Source of the DNA: Ktedonobacterales bacterium | GTDB taxonomy: Bacteria; Chloroflexota; Ktedonobacteria; Ktedonobacterales; JADMIN01 | Assembly: GCA_030167145.1 (NCBI GenBank) | Contig: CP126532.1 | Coordinates: 600,001 to 632,000, forward strand | Direction of reading: 5' to 3' | Length of the DNA stretch: 32,000 nucleotides | In this document: positions 1-8,580 of the stretch, one piece after another | Layout of the letters: every line of letters begins with the position of its first letter | Numbering within the stretch: the first letter of the stretch is position 1 | Position numbers and translations under genes: made by a program | The notes under the pieces: generated by a model | Told to the model about the DNA's origin: nothing | The model's database searches: none | Seen by the model: only the letters and a program-made list of their open reading frames with translations

Positions 1-72
1 ATGATGGCTCCGACTCGGCCCATACTGGTCTGTATCACTCCTGATAACTGCCGCAAAAAACATGAAGAGAAC

Positions 73-146
73 TGGCTCGGGCGCCAGGATTCGAACCTGG
101 GATCGTGGATCCAAAGTCCACTGCCTTACCGCTTGGCCACGCCCGA
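73..146 (-). tRNA. tRNA-Gln (anticodon UUG), CCA encoded
   Basis: The reverse complement folds as a 74-nt cloverleaf. Acceptor stem is TCGGGCG/CGCCCGA. Anticodon stem is GTGGA/TCCAC with loop CTTTGGA (anticodon TTG). T arm is CCAGG-TTCGAAT-CCTGG, followed by discriminator G plus CCA. The U1:A72 pair and G73 are typical of bacterial tRNA-Gln. Confidence 0.9.
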
Positions 147-326
147 ATGCAAACCCTTTCGTTCTTGAAGGATAGCATTCCTTTCTAGGGTCCGCCTATC
201 CTGCAAAACGCCCTATGAGTGTATCATATCGCCTTCTCATCCGCAACCAACCTGTTGTACACTGTAAGCTCGATCACGGCACTGTGCCGAATAATTCCGG
301 ACGCACAATTCAGCGAGGAGGTGCGC

Positions 327-743
327 ATGTACACATCAAGAGAGTTGCGAAAGGGCGAGCTTTACTCGCGTGAAGATCTTCGCCAGAAGTTTGATATTAC
401 AGATGCGACTATCAACACCGGCATATTTCAGCCATCTGGGCATGATTCAATTTGGCTCTTCGTCACAGAAAAGAAGACTCCTGACCGAACACAATATGCA
501 GATCGACTTGATGGCGATTTCCTTCACTGGGATGGCCAAACATCTGGGCGCAAAGACCAAATAATCATCGAACATGAAAATCTCGGCCTCGAATTGCTGT
601 TGTTCTATCGCATCTCGAAGTCTGAACACCCAGGTGCGGCTTTCCGATATGAAGGCACCTTTTGCTATGTATCACACTCTGGCGCTGAACCAACCCATTT
701 TGTGCTTCGACGCACCGACAACTGGGCAAATGACAATGCATGA
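327..743 (+). CDS. Standalone DUF3427-like domain protein (the domain usually sits at the C-terminus of PLD/helicase restriction-like proteins)
   Basis: ATG at 327 is preceded by GAGGAGG; the ORF-track start at 219 has no RBS. The residue pattern (IWLFVT ... YADRLDGDFLHWDGQ ... LLLFYR ... FRYEGTF ... PTHFVLRR) matches my recollection of the DUF3427 profile (LFVT, Y.D.f, F.W.sq, hLFvR, f.YlG, P..F.L). The gene is visibly A/T-richer than its neighbours: my hand count of 361-420 gives 26/60 G+C. Confidence 0.55.
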   Translation: MYTSRELRKGELYSREDLRQKFDITDATINTGIFQPSGHDSIWLFVTEKKTPDRTQYADRLDGDFLHWDGQTSGRKDQIIIEHENLGLELLLFYRISKSEHPGAAFRYEGTFCYVSHSGAEPTHFVLRRTDNWANDNA

Positions 744-787
744 CGCCTTCTTCACGTAGCCAAGATATGGCCCAACGGAAGAAGGCG
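744..787. terminator. Hairpin between convergent genes (possible bidirectional terminator, no U-tract)
   Basis: CGCCTTCTTC (744-753) is the perfect reverse complement of GAAGAAGGCG (778-787). An inner GCCA/TGGC pairing sits in the loop. The hairpin starts immediately after the TGA at 741-743. Confidence 0.35.
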
Positions 788-821
788 AAACGCACTACCT
801 GTTAAACATTGGCATCCATGA

Positions 822-2123
822 TTATGGCAGCCGCGCGACATTCACACGGATGAAGCCGCTGGAGGGATACGTCCAGCCGAGCGCCTGTTGCACCGAGGGG
901 CTGAGGTCAATTCCCGCCTGGTTGAGCACCGGATGATTGAAACTGCCATCGCGCAGCCAGCCACTGGCATTGCCGTTGTAGGTCAACAGCAGCGTGCTGC
1001 CGCAGAACACGGCGTCGTTGTTGATCGAGGCGGCACTGGCCTCCGGACAGTATTCGGGCAGGCGCGTCGGCCAGTTGGTGGCGTCGGCGAAGTTGCCGCT
1101 GGGCAGGTAGCCCGCAGGCTGGAAGAATGGCAGCGCGTAATGCTGGTAGAGCAGATAGTATGCGATGCGTCGCCAGTTGCGCGGGCCAGGGCAGATGCTA
1201 TCCACCTGGGCATTGCTCAGCGAAGACGAACTGACCAGCGCGCTAGATACCGGACAGGTTGCGGATACCGTTGCATTCGGATTGAAGGCATCCCACCAGT
1301 TGTCGTCTTCGTTCCACGGCCCCACATCCGCCACGATCACCTGGCTCGCCGCCACCGTGCCCGACGCCTGTTTGATGTCTACGGTGAACGGCGGCGCGGG
1401 GCCATTGGGCGGTGTCGGCAGGTAGAAGGGCTGATAGATCGCGGGAATCTGCGTATTCCAGCCGTTATTCGCGAATTTGAGGTAGGCGTCGGGTAAGGCT
1501 ACGTATTGAGCGTTCTGCGGCTGGCCCTGAAGCGTGAAGCCTGTAGCGTACATCAGTATCGAGTACGGGCTGGGCTGGTGGATCGTCGGACCACCCAGGA
1601 TATTCGCCTGCACCCACGCGGGCGACGAGATTCGCATATACGTCTGGTCGGTAGTGGCGAGAAGAGCAGCATATTGGCTGCCCACAATGCCGTGCAAGCC
1701 AGCGCGCAGGTGTGCCAGTTCGCGCTGCTGCGCGGCAATGTTGGGGCGCGCATTCACGCGGCCCAGGCTCGCAGGATCGGCGCGCATCATCTCCAGCCAT
1801 GCGGCGCGGACGGCGGCGGAGACGCGCGTGACCTGCGCGGATGTCAGCCCGGCGGCGCGCCCCGCCTGCGTGGCCTGTGCCTGAATAGACGCATCGCCGC
1901 TGGCATAGAGGTAGATCAGCCGCTGAAACCACGCGCCGTCGCTTGCCCACTGCCGCAGCGCGCTCGCCGATGGTGGCGCGGGACGAACGGAGCTGCTTTG
2001 AGTTGTCGTCCGCGCGCCATGCGCCCAGGTAGCCAGGGGCACTGCGGCGACAAATAATGTCAGCAGTCCACACAAGGTGACGATCAGGGTGCGTTTTCGG
2101 CGTGGGGATAGCGTTCCTCGCAT
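822..2123 (-). CDS. Secreted protein of unknown function with a possible RlpA/expansin-like double-psi beta-barrel C-terminal region
   Basis: ATG at 2123 is preceded by AGAGGAG at 6-nt spacing. The N-terminus (RRKRTLIVTLCGLLTLFVAAVPLATWAHG) looks like a signal peptide. The C-terminal motifs VADVGPWNEDD and GIDLSPSVQQALG...GFIRVNV resemble DPBB-fold proteins; this is recollection only, not a search result. Confidence 0.45.
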   Translation of the reverse strand: MRGTLSPRRKRTLIVTLCGLLTLFVAAVPLATWAHGARTTTQSSSVRPAPPSASALRQWASDGAWFQRLIYLYASGDASIQAQATQAGRAAGLTSAQVTRVSAAVRAAWLEMMRADPASLGRVNARPNIAAQQRELAHLRAGLHGIVGSQYAALLATTDQTYMRISSPAWVQANILGGPTIHQPSPYSILMYATGFTLQGQPQNAQYVALPDAYLKFANNGWNTQIPAIYQPFYLPTPPNGPAPPFTVDIKQASGTVAASQVIVADVGPWNEDDNWWDAFNPNATVSATCPVSSALVSSSSLSNAQVDSICPGPRNWRRIAYYLLYQHYALPFFQPAGYLPSGNFADATNWPTRLPEYCPEASAASINNDAVFCGSTLLLTYNGNASGWLRDGSFNHPVLNQAGIDLSPSVQQALGWTYPSSGFIRVNVARLP

Positions 2124-2268
2124 GGCATGCTCCTCTCTTTCTCCTACTCAGACGGATGCGAGCGGAAGATGTATCACCTTGGGAGCATAGTCGTGCTATC
2201 TCGGAGCAGGCTGACTTTTCCCATACCTGCAGATAGAAGCGACGACATACTGGCAGGGGATGGAATCT

Positions 2269-3366
2269 CTATGGCGTCTTCGCGTCCGTAGCGGGCTTTT
2301 CGCGGGCGGCAAGGTCGTGCTCATGCTGGCGACGGTCGCGGGCGCGTTTAATGGCCAGCAGGCGTTCGTAGGCCCAATAGGCTGGAAGGTTATATGGCCG
2401 GTCGTGGGTTTCGAGTGTGAGGACAGAGTAGCCGCCGTAACCTTGCTTATATGTGTACAGACTGTAGAGGTCTTCCTTGGCATCCAGCACCTCGGCGATG
2501 GCGCGAAAGTCGTAGAGCGTGCAGCCGCGCGCCCTGGCCCAGCGAATTGCCGTCCATTGCAGCAGATGGTTCGGCATGCGGTTGCGTTCGCGGTTGGATG
2601 ACGCGCCGAACATATACGTGGCGACGGGACCGCAGCGCACGGCAATCAGCCCCGCGATGGGTGTGCCCTCGTATTCGGCGAGCAGCAGCACGGCGGCGTC
2701 GCGCTGTCCGTAGAGGCGCAGGATGTCGGCATAGTGCTGCTTGGGATGAATGAAGAAGCCGTCGCGCGCCGCTGTTTCCTGGTAGAGCGTGTAGAAGGTA
2801 TCCACATCGTCCGGCGTCAGCGCCTCGCGCACCTGAACTCCCTTGCGCCCCGCCAGCCGGATGTTATAGCGCCACTTCTCCTTCATGCCCGCCAGCAGAT
2901 CATCTTCGCTGGGACGGATGTCGAGCACCCAGGAGCGGCGGGGATGGTTGGCGAAGCGGTTGCGCTTGAAGCCGAGCGCGGCCAGCGCGCTCAGCCATGC
3001 CGCATCGTCATCGGGCACATTCGGCTCGACCTTCAGCATGAACGCGCCGTGCCGATGCGCCTCCTGTTCGGCGCGCGCGCAGAGCGCGGCCAGCGCTGGC
3101 GAGGCGGGATCGTTGACCACGGGACCGCGCGGCGCATAGAGATACGGGCGGCGCAGAACCGGCGCCTGGATGGCAACCGAAAGCATCACGCCATGCAGTT
3201 CGCCGTTCTCGACGGCGCCGAGGCGCAGCACTTCGCCGCCCAGCGCGTCGCGCAGTTCGCCCCACTCGAAGGTCTGCGTGATATTGCCCGCTGGCGACGC
3301 CTCCACGAAGCGATTCCACTGGTCGCGGTTGGTGATGATCTCTACCTGCATCGAACTCTGGCCCAT
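2269..3366 (-). CDS. FemAB-family peptidoglycan interpeptide-bridge aminoacyltransferase (lipid II:glycine glycyltransferase-like)
   Basis: The 365-aa ORF opens with a typical Fem start (QWNRFV...QTFEWGELR). The central YNIRLAGRKGV and C-terminal LLQWTAIRWARARGCTLYDFRAI...LYSLYTYKQGYGG blocks are characteristic of FemX/FemAB (PF02388-type) proteins. Confidence 0.75.
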   Translation of the reverse strand: MGQSSMQVEIITNRDQWNRFVEASPAGNITQTFEWGELRDALGGEVLRLGAVENGELHGVMLSVAIQAPVLRRPYLYAPRGPVVNDPASPALAALCARAEQEAHRHGAFMLKVEPNVPDDDAAWLSALAALGFKRNRFANHPRRSWVLDIRPSEDDLLAGMKEKWRYNIRLAGRKGVQVREALTPDDVDTFYTLYQETAARDGFFIHPKQHYADILRLYGQRDAAVLLLAEYEGTPIAGLIAVRCGPVATYMFGASSNRERNRMPNHLLQWTAIRWARARGCTLYDFRAIAEVLDAKEDLYSLYTYKQGYGGYSVLTLETHDRPYNLPAYWAYERLLAIKRARDRRQHEHDLAAREKPATDAKTP

Positions 3367-3497
3367 CCCGTCTGTATTCTCTTAGCGCATAGCGCCGTGC
3401 ATCGGAGCGCATTCGCCGCCCATTGTAGCAGATAGCGCCGCGCCTGCCCGCCCAACGGGACTTCCTGACGCTCGAAACTCGCCGCGCATTTTCATGC

Positions 3498-4442
3498 CTA
3501 CCGGCGTTGAAACACCACGCCCACCACATCATACGCGCGGCCAGGCATCGTCGCGTCGGGCACACCGACCAGCCAGCGCCATCGTTTCGGTTTCCCCACG
3601 AGCGCGAATCGCGCGCTCAGGTCGGTTTCCACGTCCAGCACATCATGTGGCAGTATAGGCAACGCTTCTGCGTCCTCGTTCGCATGCATGCCAGCTTGCG
3701 GCGGCAGCAGGTAGCCCGTAACATCGGTCAACAGCACGGCTGCGCCACCTGGAGCGAGCAACGACTCGATCAGCGCGAGATGTGCCAGCGCGACACGACG
3801 GCGAAACCCCTGCGCGGCAGCGACATAGCGTGGCGAGGCATCGCGCCGGTCGGCGGCGGCAGGCGCATGGAGCAACAGCGTATCTAGCACATCCAGCAGG
3901 GGTAGACTAAAGAGTTGTGTCAGCGTCAGGCTGCTGATGACCAGGCCATGGCTGCCAGACAAAAGGCTGGGCAACTCCGGCGGATTGGGAATGGGGCAGC
4001 ACTCTAGGCACGAGGCGGCGGCATCCAGCGCTGCTGCGCCAGTTGCGCCGCTAAGCAGAGCGAGATCGTGCCATGGCTGCGCGCGCAGTACTTCGCTGAG
4101 CGCCACGCTCACGCCGCCGGTGAGATCAGCCGCCACAAGCTGGATGCGCGCTCGCAACTGCTGCGGCAGCTCATCTCGCGCACGGCTCATTCCCGTCGCA
4201 TCCACATCCACCAGCGTCAGCGCGTCAGACGCGCGAGCGAGTTGCTCCAGTGGTACTTCGGTGCAGGCGCCCGCGCCCAGCACAATCGCGGCGCGCGACT
4301 CATCGGGCGCGCGTGCGGCCAGCGCAGCAGCCACCAGCGCCGCGCTCGCCCGCAGATGCTCCGGGCTGTGGCGGCGATACCAGTCGCGTCTGCGCGGTCC
4401 CTGCGTGCGGCTATTTTCCTGTGCGAGCCGTTCGATACGCAT
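3498..4442 (-). CDS. Class I (Rossmann-fold) SAM-dependent methyltransferase-like protein, substrate unknown
   Basis: ATG at 4442 is preceded by GGGAGGGAG at 5-nt spacing, which is better than the ORF-track start at 4469. Motif-I-like IVLGAGACTE, acidic LTLVDVD, VAADLTGG and LVISSLTLTQL follow the order of MTase motifs I-IV. No DNA-MTase catalytic motif is present (NPPE occurs, but not (D/N)PP(Y/F/W)). Confidence 0.45.
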   Translation of the reverse strand: MRIERLAQENSRTQGPRRRDWYRRHSPEHLRASAALVAAALAARAPDESRAAIVLGAGACTEVPLEQLARASDALTLVDVDATGMSRARDELPQQLRARIQLVAADLTGGVSVALSEVLRAQPWHDLALLSGATGAAALDAAASCLECCPIPNPPELPSLLSGSHGLVISSLTLTQLFSLPLLDVLDTLLLHAPAAADRRDASPRYVAAAQGFRRRVALAHLALIESLLAPGGAAVLLTDVTGYLLPPQAGMHANEDAEALPILPHDVLDVETDLSARFALVGKPKRWRWLVGVPDATMPGRAYDVVGVVFQRR

Positions 4443-4637
4443 GGCGTCTCCCTCCCTCACACCAAGCATATCACCCCAACAGCGAGAGCGATGGCACGGA
4501 CGGCGTGGGGCCAGGCAACATTGTGTACAGCGACAGCGCAGTCTATCCGTAGTGACCTAATTGACGCGCATGCTACACTGATTTTCGACGCCTGGCCGAT
4601 GCGAGCGCAAGGCAGAGATGAGAGGAAGGAGCGCGCG

Positions 4638-4877
4638 ATGCAGACTCGCCGAACCGCATATCTGGGCTGGTGGGTAGTGTTTCTCGGATTTGCCGGGGCG
4701 ACGCTCGTCGCGCATATCGTGCTCGATACGCTGCTGCATAACGGCACGCTCTCCCCGCATTCGCTGCTCGGCTCTATCGCCGCCGCCCGGCTGGAAGATG
4801 CGCTGCTGGTGCTAGTGGGACTTGCGTTTCTCGTGCGCGTGGCATGGGACTGGCTGCACACACGCCGCGCCCGCTGA
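4638..4877 (+). CDS. Small membrane protein (2 predicted TM helices), hypothetical
   Basis: ATG at 4638 is preceded by GAGAGGAAGGAG. The hydrophobic segments are YLGWWVVFLGFAGATLVAHIVL and LLVLVGLAFLVRVAW. The upstream part of ORF 4068-4877 is antisense to the methyltransferase-like gene and is rejected. Confidence 0.5.
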   Translation: MQTRRTAYLGWWVVFLGFAGATLVAHIVLDTLLHNGTLSPHSLLGSIAAARLEDALLVLVGLAFLVRVAWDWLHTRRAR

Positions 4878-4895
4878 GCAATCGAGAGCCGCGCC

Positions 4896-5180
4896 ATGAA
4901 GACGGTTATCCTCACATTCGCAGTGCTCGATGGCCTGTTGCTTGTGGCGTTCGTCGGGCTGCTCACCTACGACCAGATGTTTCCCTACACCTGCGCGCCT
5001 GCTTCTCGTGCGCCTTCGATGCACTCCGCGCCGTTCGTATGTGTCTCGCCAGCCGCCATCCTCGCCTTTGCGTCGTTGGCGTTGCTCGCTCCACTCGTGC
5101 TGATCACGCTGCTGCTCTTCGTCATCGAGAATGCGCGCGCCAGCAGGCGCATGCGACAATCGCGCGGTAGCAACGAGTGA
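4896..5180 (+). CDS. Small membrane protein, hypothetical
   Basis: 94-aa ORF lying 18 nt after the previous gene. It has two strongly hydrophobic segments (VILTFAVLDGLLLVAFVGLLTY and AILAFASLALLAPLVLITLLLFVI). Confidence 0.45.
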   Translation: MKTVILTFAVLDGLLLVAFVGLLTYDQMFPYTCAPASRAPSMHSAPFVCVSPAAILAFASLALLAPLVLITLLLFVIENARASRRMRQSRGSNE

Positions 5181-5207
5181 AGGCGCATTGTGCATTCACG
5201 GTTCAGT

Positions 5208-5226
5208 GCGCGGCAGAAAGCCGCGC
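5208..5226. terminator. GC-rich hairpin between convergent genes (candidate terminator, no U-tract)
   Basis: GCGCGGC-AGAAA-GCCGCGC forms a perfect 7-bp stem. It lies between the stop at 5180 (+) and the nfo stop at 5269 (-). Confidence 0.4.
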
Positions 5227-5268
5227 TGACGCAGCCGTTCGATGAGCTGGGTAGCGTAGTCCGCAAGG

Positions 5269-6150
5269 TCATGCGGTGGGCATCGGCAGGCCCGCCAGCG
5301 CGCGGGCACGCTCCATATGCGCGCGGTCATGCGGCCAGTCGGGTTTGCCGTTGGCAAGCTCAGCGATGGGCGTCTCAAGCAGCAGCGTCGCATCCGTGAG
5401 GCGGAAATCGCGCAGCAGCGTGCCGAGGCCATCCAGCGGAATGATTCCCTCGCCGATGCGCGCGTGGTTATCCAGATGGCTGCCAAGCGCCTTCGGTGTA
5501 TCGTTGATATGCCAGACCGGCACGCGCGCCAGCCCCAGGATGCGATCCGCCTCGTCGAGCGTGCGCGTTGCGCCTTCGGGCGTGCCGATATCGAACCCTG
5601 CGCCCCAGAGATGCGCGGTATCCAGGCACACGCCAAGCCGGTCTGCGTATTCGGGCACGAGGTCCAGCGCGGCGGCGAGATTCTCGAAGCGATAGCCCAG
5701 CTTGCCGCCCCCACCAACATCGTTTTCGAGCAGCAGCATCACGGAGTCGGGCGCGCCTTCCAGCGTGCGTCGCAGGCCGTCGGCGAGCCGCGCAATGCCC
5801 GCCTCTTCGCCCGCGCCGCCATGGCTGCCGATGTGGAAGACTACGCTCGTCGCGCCGTAGCGCTCGGCGCGGTCAAGCGTCGCATGCAGCAGCGAGACGG
5901 AGTTCGCGAAGAAATCGTCGCGTGGCGAAGCCAGGTTGATGAGGTAGGTGGCATGCACGACGATGGGCGCGATGCCGTTCTCCTCAGCGGCTTGGCGAAA
6001 CGCCGCTTCTTGCGCGGGATTGGGGTCGGGCGCACGCCAGCCACGCGGATTGGTGACGAAGATCTGCGCGGCGTCGCAGCCGATCTCGCGGGCGATACGC
6101 ATCGCCTGCGCGGGCTTCGCGTTGGTGGGCATATGACGTCCGAATCGCAC
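5269..6150 (-). CDS. nfo: Endonuclease IV (deoxyribonuclease IV, AP endonuclease family 2)
   Basis: From a GTG at 6150, the product VRFGRHMPTNAKPAQAMRIAREIGCDAAQIFVTNPRGW aligns with my recollection of the E. coli Nfo N-terminus (KYIGAHVSAAGG...FALFTKNQRQW). The metal-ligand blocks VVHATYLINL, VFHIGSH, LLLEN, CLDTAHLWGAG and WHINDT are all present. The ORF-track start at 6195 is probably too long. Confidence 0.9.
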   Translation of the reverse strand: MRFGRHMPTNAKPAQAMRIAREIGCDAAQIFVTNPRGWRAPDPNPAQEAAFRQAAEENGIAPIVVHATYLINLASPRDDFFANSVSLLHATLDRAERYGATSVVFHIGSHGGAGEEAGIARLADGLRRTLEGAPDSVMLLLENDVGGGGKLGYRFENLAAALDLVPEYADRLGVCLDTAHLWGAGFDIGTPEGATRTLDEADRILGLARVPVWHINDTPKALGSHLDNHARIGEGIIPLDGLGTLLRDFRLTDATLLLETPIAELANGKPDWPHDRAHMERARALAGLPMPTA

Positions 6151-6198
6151 GAATTTGCTCTCTTTTCTCACTCCACAGCCAGGATGCCTGAGCACATA

Positions 6199-6843
6199 TT
6201 ACCGCAGAGTAAGCTCTCGAAGCATATATGGCTTGTGCTCGCCATCCGCGATGACCAGCCGTGGGGCAACGTGCGAAATCGCCGTCTTGCCGTCGCGTGC
6301 CTCCACCTGCGTTTCCAGCACCAGCGCGGGACAGGGCAGCGCAGAGAACGACATACCGGTGGCATGTGTGAATCCGTGGCTGAAGATGGCCAGCGGCGCC
6401 GCAAGTTGCGCGTCGGGTACAGGTATGTACGTCCAGTAATCCAGCACGATGAGGTCAAGCGTGGCGCTGATCTGCTTGCCCATGATGAGCAGGTTGCGGG
6501 CTTTGGGCGCAAGGGCATTGGGCGTATACCGCTCGAACTCCACCAAACAGCGCGGAGTCTGATCCGTACGAGAGAACCAGACGGCATCGGGCCGCTTAGC
6601 GCCTTCGCCCATCAGCAGCTTATCCAGACGATCAAAGATAGGCGAGTCGCAGACGGGCGAGTATCCCAGCCGGTGGCCGACGAGCACCAGCGCCGATAGC
6701 ATGTAGGCGTGGAGTGCGCCATCGTCAATGCCACGGGCAAACAGCGCGGGATACATCACCGGAAGAAATGCTGGATCGTGCAGTTGTTCGAGCAGCCACC
6801 GCGCCAGCGTCATGCCCGGCTGCTGATGCGCTGGGAGTGTCAT
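6199..6843 (-). CDS. Hypothetical protein, last gene of the HerA cluster; tentative PD-(D/E)xK-like nuclease motif
   Basis: ATG at 6843 follows the herA stop (6854) by 8 nt, with GAGGT at 7-nt spacing. The segment RPDAVWF-x11-LVEFERY (6529-6591) has the spacing of a PD...(D/E)xK core, but the Lys position is not canonical. Confidence 0.35.
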   Translation of the reverse strand: MTLPAHQQPGMTLARWLLEQLHDPAFLPVMYPALFARGIDDGALHAYMLSALVLVGHRLGYSPVCDSPIFDRLDKLLMGEGAKRPDAVWFSRTDQTPRCLVEFERYTPNALAPKARNLLIMGKQISATLDLIVLDYWTYIPVPDAQLAAPLAIFSHGFTHATGMSFSALPCPALVLETQVEARDGKTAISHVAPRLVIADGEHKPYMLRELTLR

Positions 6844-6853
6844 ACCGCAGACC

Positions 6854-8575
6854 TCACTCCTTCCAACTGCGCACAACATCCGGCGATTCGCCGCCGTGGA
6901 TCAGCACCTTCTGGCCCACCTTGACGAGCAATGGCGCCAGAATCGCGCGTCCGCTGACCAGCGCTTCGCCGGTGGAGAGCGAGGGCAGTTCCTTGATGTC
7001 CACTTCGGAGAAGTAGTCCGATGTGCTGCGAATGAACGCCTGATCGTCAGGGTTTTTAATGCGCATGGCGATGATCGTGTTTGCCTGGCTGGTCACGTCG
7101 CTATCCAGCTTGCTGGGCCGCTGACTCACGATAGCCGCGCCAACGCCGAACTTGCGACCCTCGGCGAAGATCTTCTTGATGATCGGTAGCGAGATGCTGG
7201 CTTCGCGCGCCGGGGCAAAGGTATGCCCTTCTTCGATGATCAGGAAGACAGGCCGGATGGGATCGCTGGTATCTTGCGCCGCACGCAAAATCTCGCCGCA
7301 GAGCAGCGCCACCACCACCTGCATCGAGGTACGCGACAGACCTTGCAGATCAATGATGCTGATGCGCCCGACGCTATCGGCGGGCGCGGTCTTGCGGGCG
7401 CGCCCGATCATCTGCCGCACGTCGAAGGGGTGCAGGCCACGCTCATAGAAAGCGTTGGCGTCGGTGAGGAGGTTGCGCAGCCGCAGGGCGACGATGGAGG
7501 CGCTGCGCGCGCTGATGGTCTTGCGCTCATTGTCGGGGAGTTCGTCCCAGGTGGTGAGCGCATCCAGATTCCGCCCACAGAGATCCAGGAGATCACGCGG
7601 CTCGCGCGGGGAAGGGAACTTCTTCTCCCAATAGCGCAGCGCGACCTGGAGGAAGCGCTGCTGCGGCTCGGTGCTTTCGGGGAAGACGCTGGCGAGTTCG
7701 TCGGCGCTCATCTCGTCTAGCCGCAGCGCCAGGGGGTGATGCTGGTCGTTATAGCGCAGCGAGAACTCACGCGTGCGCGGCGCATAGACGTGTATGCCAC
7801 CGCCGCGATCTTGTAGCTCGCGCAGCTTTGCGCCGAGCGCGCGCAACCCGTCCGCTTCCTGCTCTGGCAGCGCGGCATAAGTGGAATCGGGGGCGAAGTT
7901 GAGCATGCCGCCCCGGAAGGCGCGCCCATATTCGCCGTGGGGGTCCAGCACGACGATGCTGGCGTTGGATTCGGTGAGCATCCGCTCGATGATGCGCCCG
8001 ATGGTGTAGCTCTTGCCCGCGCCGGTCATGGCGAGGACGGCCAGGTGCTCGGTGACGATGCGGTTCACGTCTATGTAGACCGGCACGATATTGTCGCCGC
8101 GCTCATAGCCGACGAGGTTGCCCAACTGGATGTTGGTTTCCGGCGAGTATTCGTAGAACTCGCGCAGGAAGGCGAAGTCCACGCCGTAGACCTTCGCGCC
8201 TGGCTCCAGCGGGCGGCGTGGGATGCGCACCTCGCCGGTGTCGGGGTCGCGGTAGCCGACCAGTTCCATGCCTGCGTAATTGGTCTCGCCGGTGGAACGG
8301 CTGGTGAGCAGCGATACCTCAGCTACACCTTCGCCCATTTGCTGCGTAAACAGCATATTTTGTCGGCTCACGCCAGTGATGCGACCGAGCACCCATGTCT
8401 CGTGCGTGTCGCGCCGCTCGCGATGGCGCACGCGCACAAACTCGCCCCGGCGCGCGCTGAAGCTATCGCGTAGCGCCACATTGACGCGCAGCCCACCAGT
8501 ATCGCCAACCAACGTTCCCAGCCAGCGCTCTTCTTGCATCGTCTTACGTCCCATCTCTCTGTTCGGGTCTGCCAC
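6854..8575 (-). CDS. herA: HerA/FtsK-superfamily (DUF87-type) hexameric ATPase
   Basis: It has an N-terminal HAS-barrel-like region. Walker A is LAVLAMTGAGKSYT followed by VVLDPHGEY. Walker B is PVFLIIEEGHTFAP, followed by GVGAAIVSQRPSKLD and IIAMRIKNPDDQ, which is the classic HerA motif order. The start is uncertain: GTG 8575, ATG 8554 or ATG 8539. Confidence 0.88.
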   Translation of the reverse strand: MADPNREMGRKTMQEERWLGTLVGDTGGLRVNVALRDSFSARRGEFVRVRHRERRDTHETWVLGRITGVSRQNMLFTQQMGEGVAEVSLLTSRSTGETNYAGMELVGYRDPDTGEVRIPRRPLEPGAKVYGVDFAFLREFYEYSPETNIQLGNLVGYERGDNIVPVYIDVNRIVTEHLAVLAMTGAGKSYTIGRIIERMLTESNASIVVLDPHGEYGRAFRGGMLNFAPDSTYAALPEQEADGLRALGAKLRELQDRGGGIHVYAPRTREFSLRYNDQHHPLALRLDEMSADELASVFPESTEPQQRFLQVALRYWEKKFPSPREPRDLLDLCGRNLDALTTWDELPDNERKTISARSASIVALRLRNLLTDANAFYERGLHPFDVRQMIGRARKTAPADSVGRISIIDLQGLSRTSMQVVVALLCGEILRAAQDTSDPIRPVFLIIEEGHTFAPAREASISLPIIKKIFAEGRKFGVGAAIVSQRPSKLDSDVTSQANTIIAMRIKNPDDQAFIRSTSDYFSEVDIKELPSLSTGEALVSGRAILAPLLVKVGQKVLIHGGESPDVVRSWKE

Positions 8576-8580
8576 AGCGG

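Noticed and set aside
1-146. tRNA-Gln as the attachment site of a genomic island covering the cluster
   Set aside because: The tRNA 3' end points out of the window. No integrase is present, I found no direct repeat of the tRNA 3' half inside the window, and housekeeping genes (femX-like, nfo) lie between the tRNA and the cluster.
3498-4442. The Rossmann methyltransferase-like gene as the modification partner of the cluster
   Set aside because: It is separated from the cluster by nfo and two plus-strand membrane-protein genes. It also lacks DNA-MTase catalytic motifs: NPPE is present, but not (D/N)PP(Y/F/W), and there is no PC/ENV motif.
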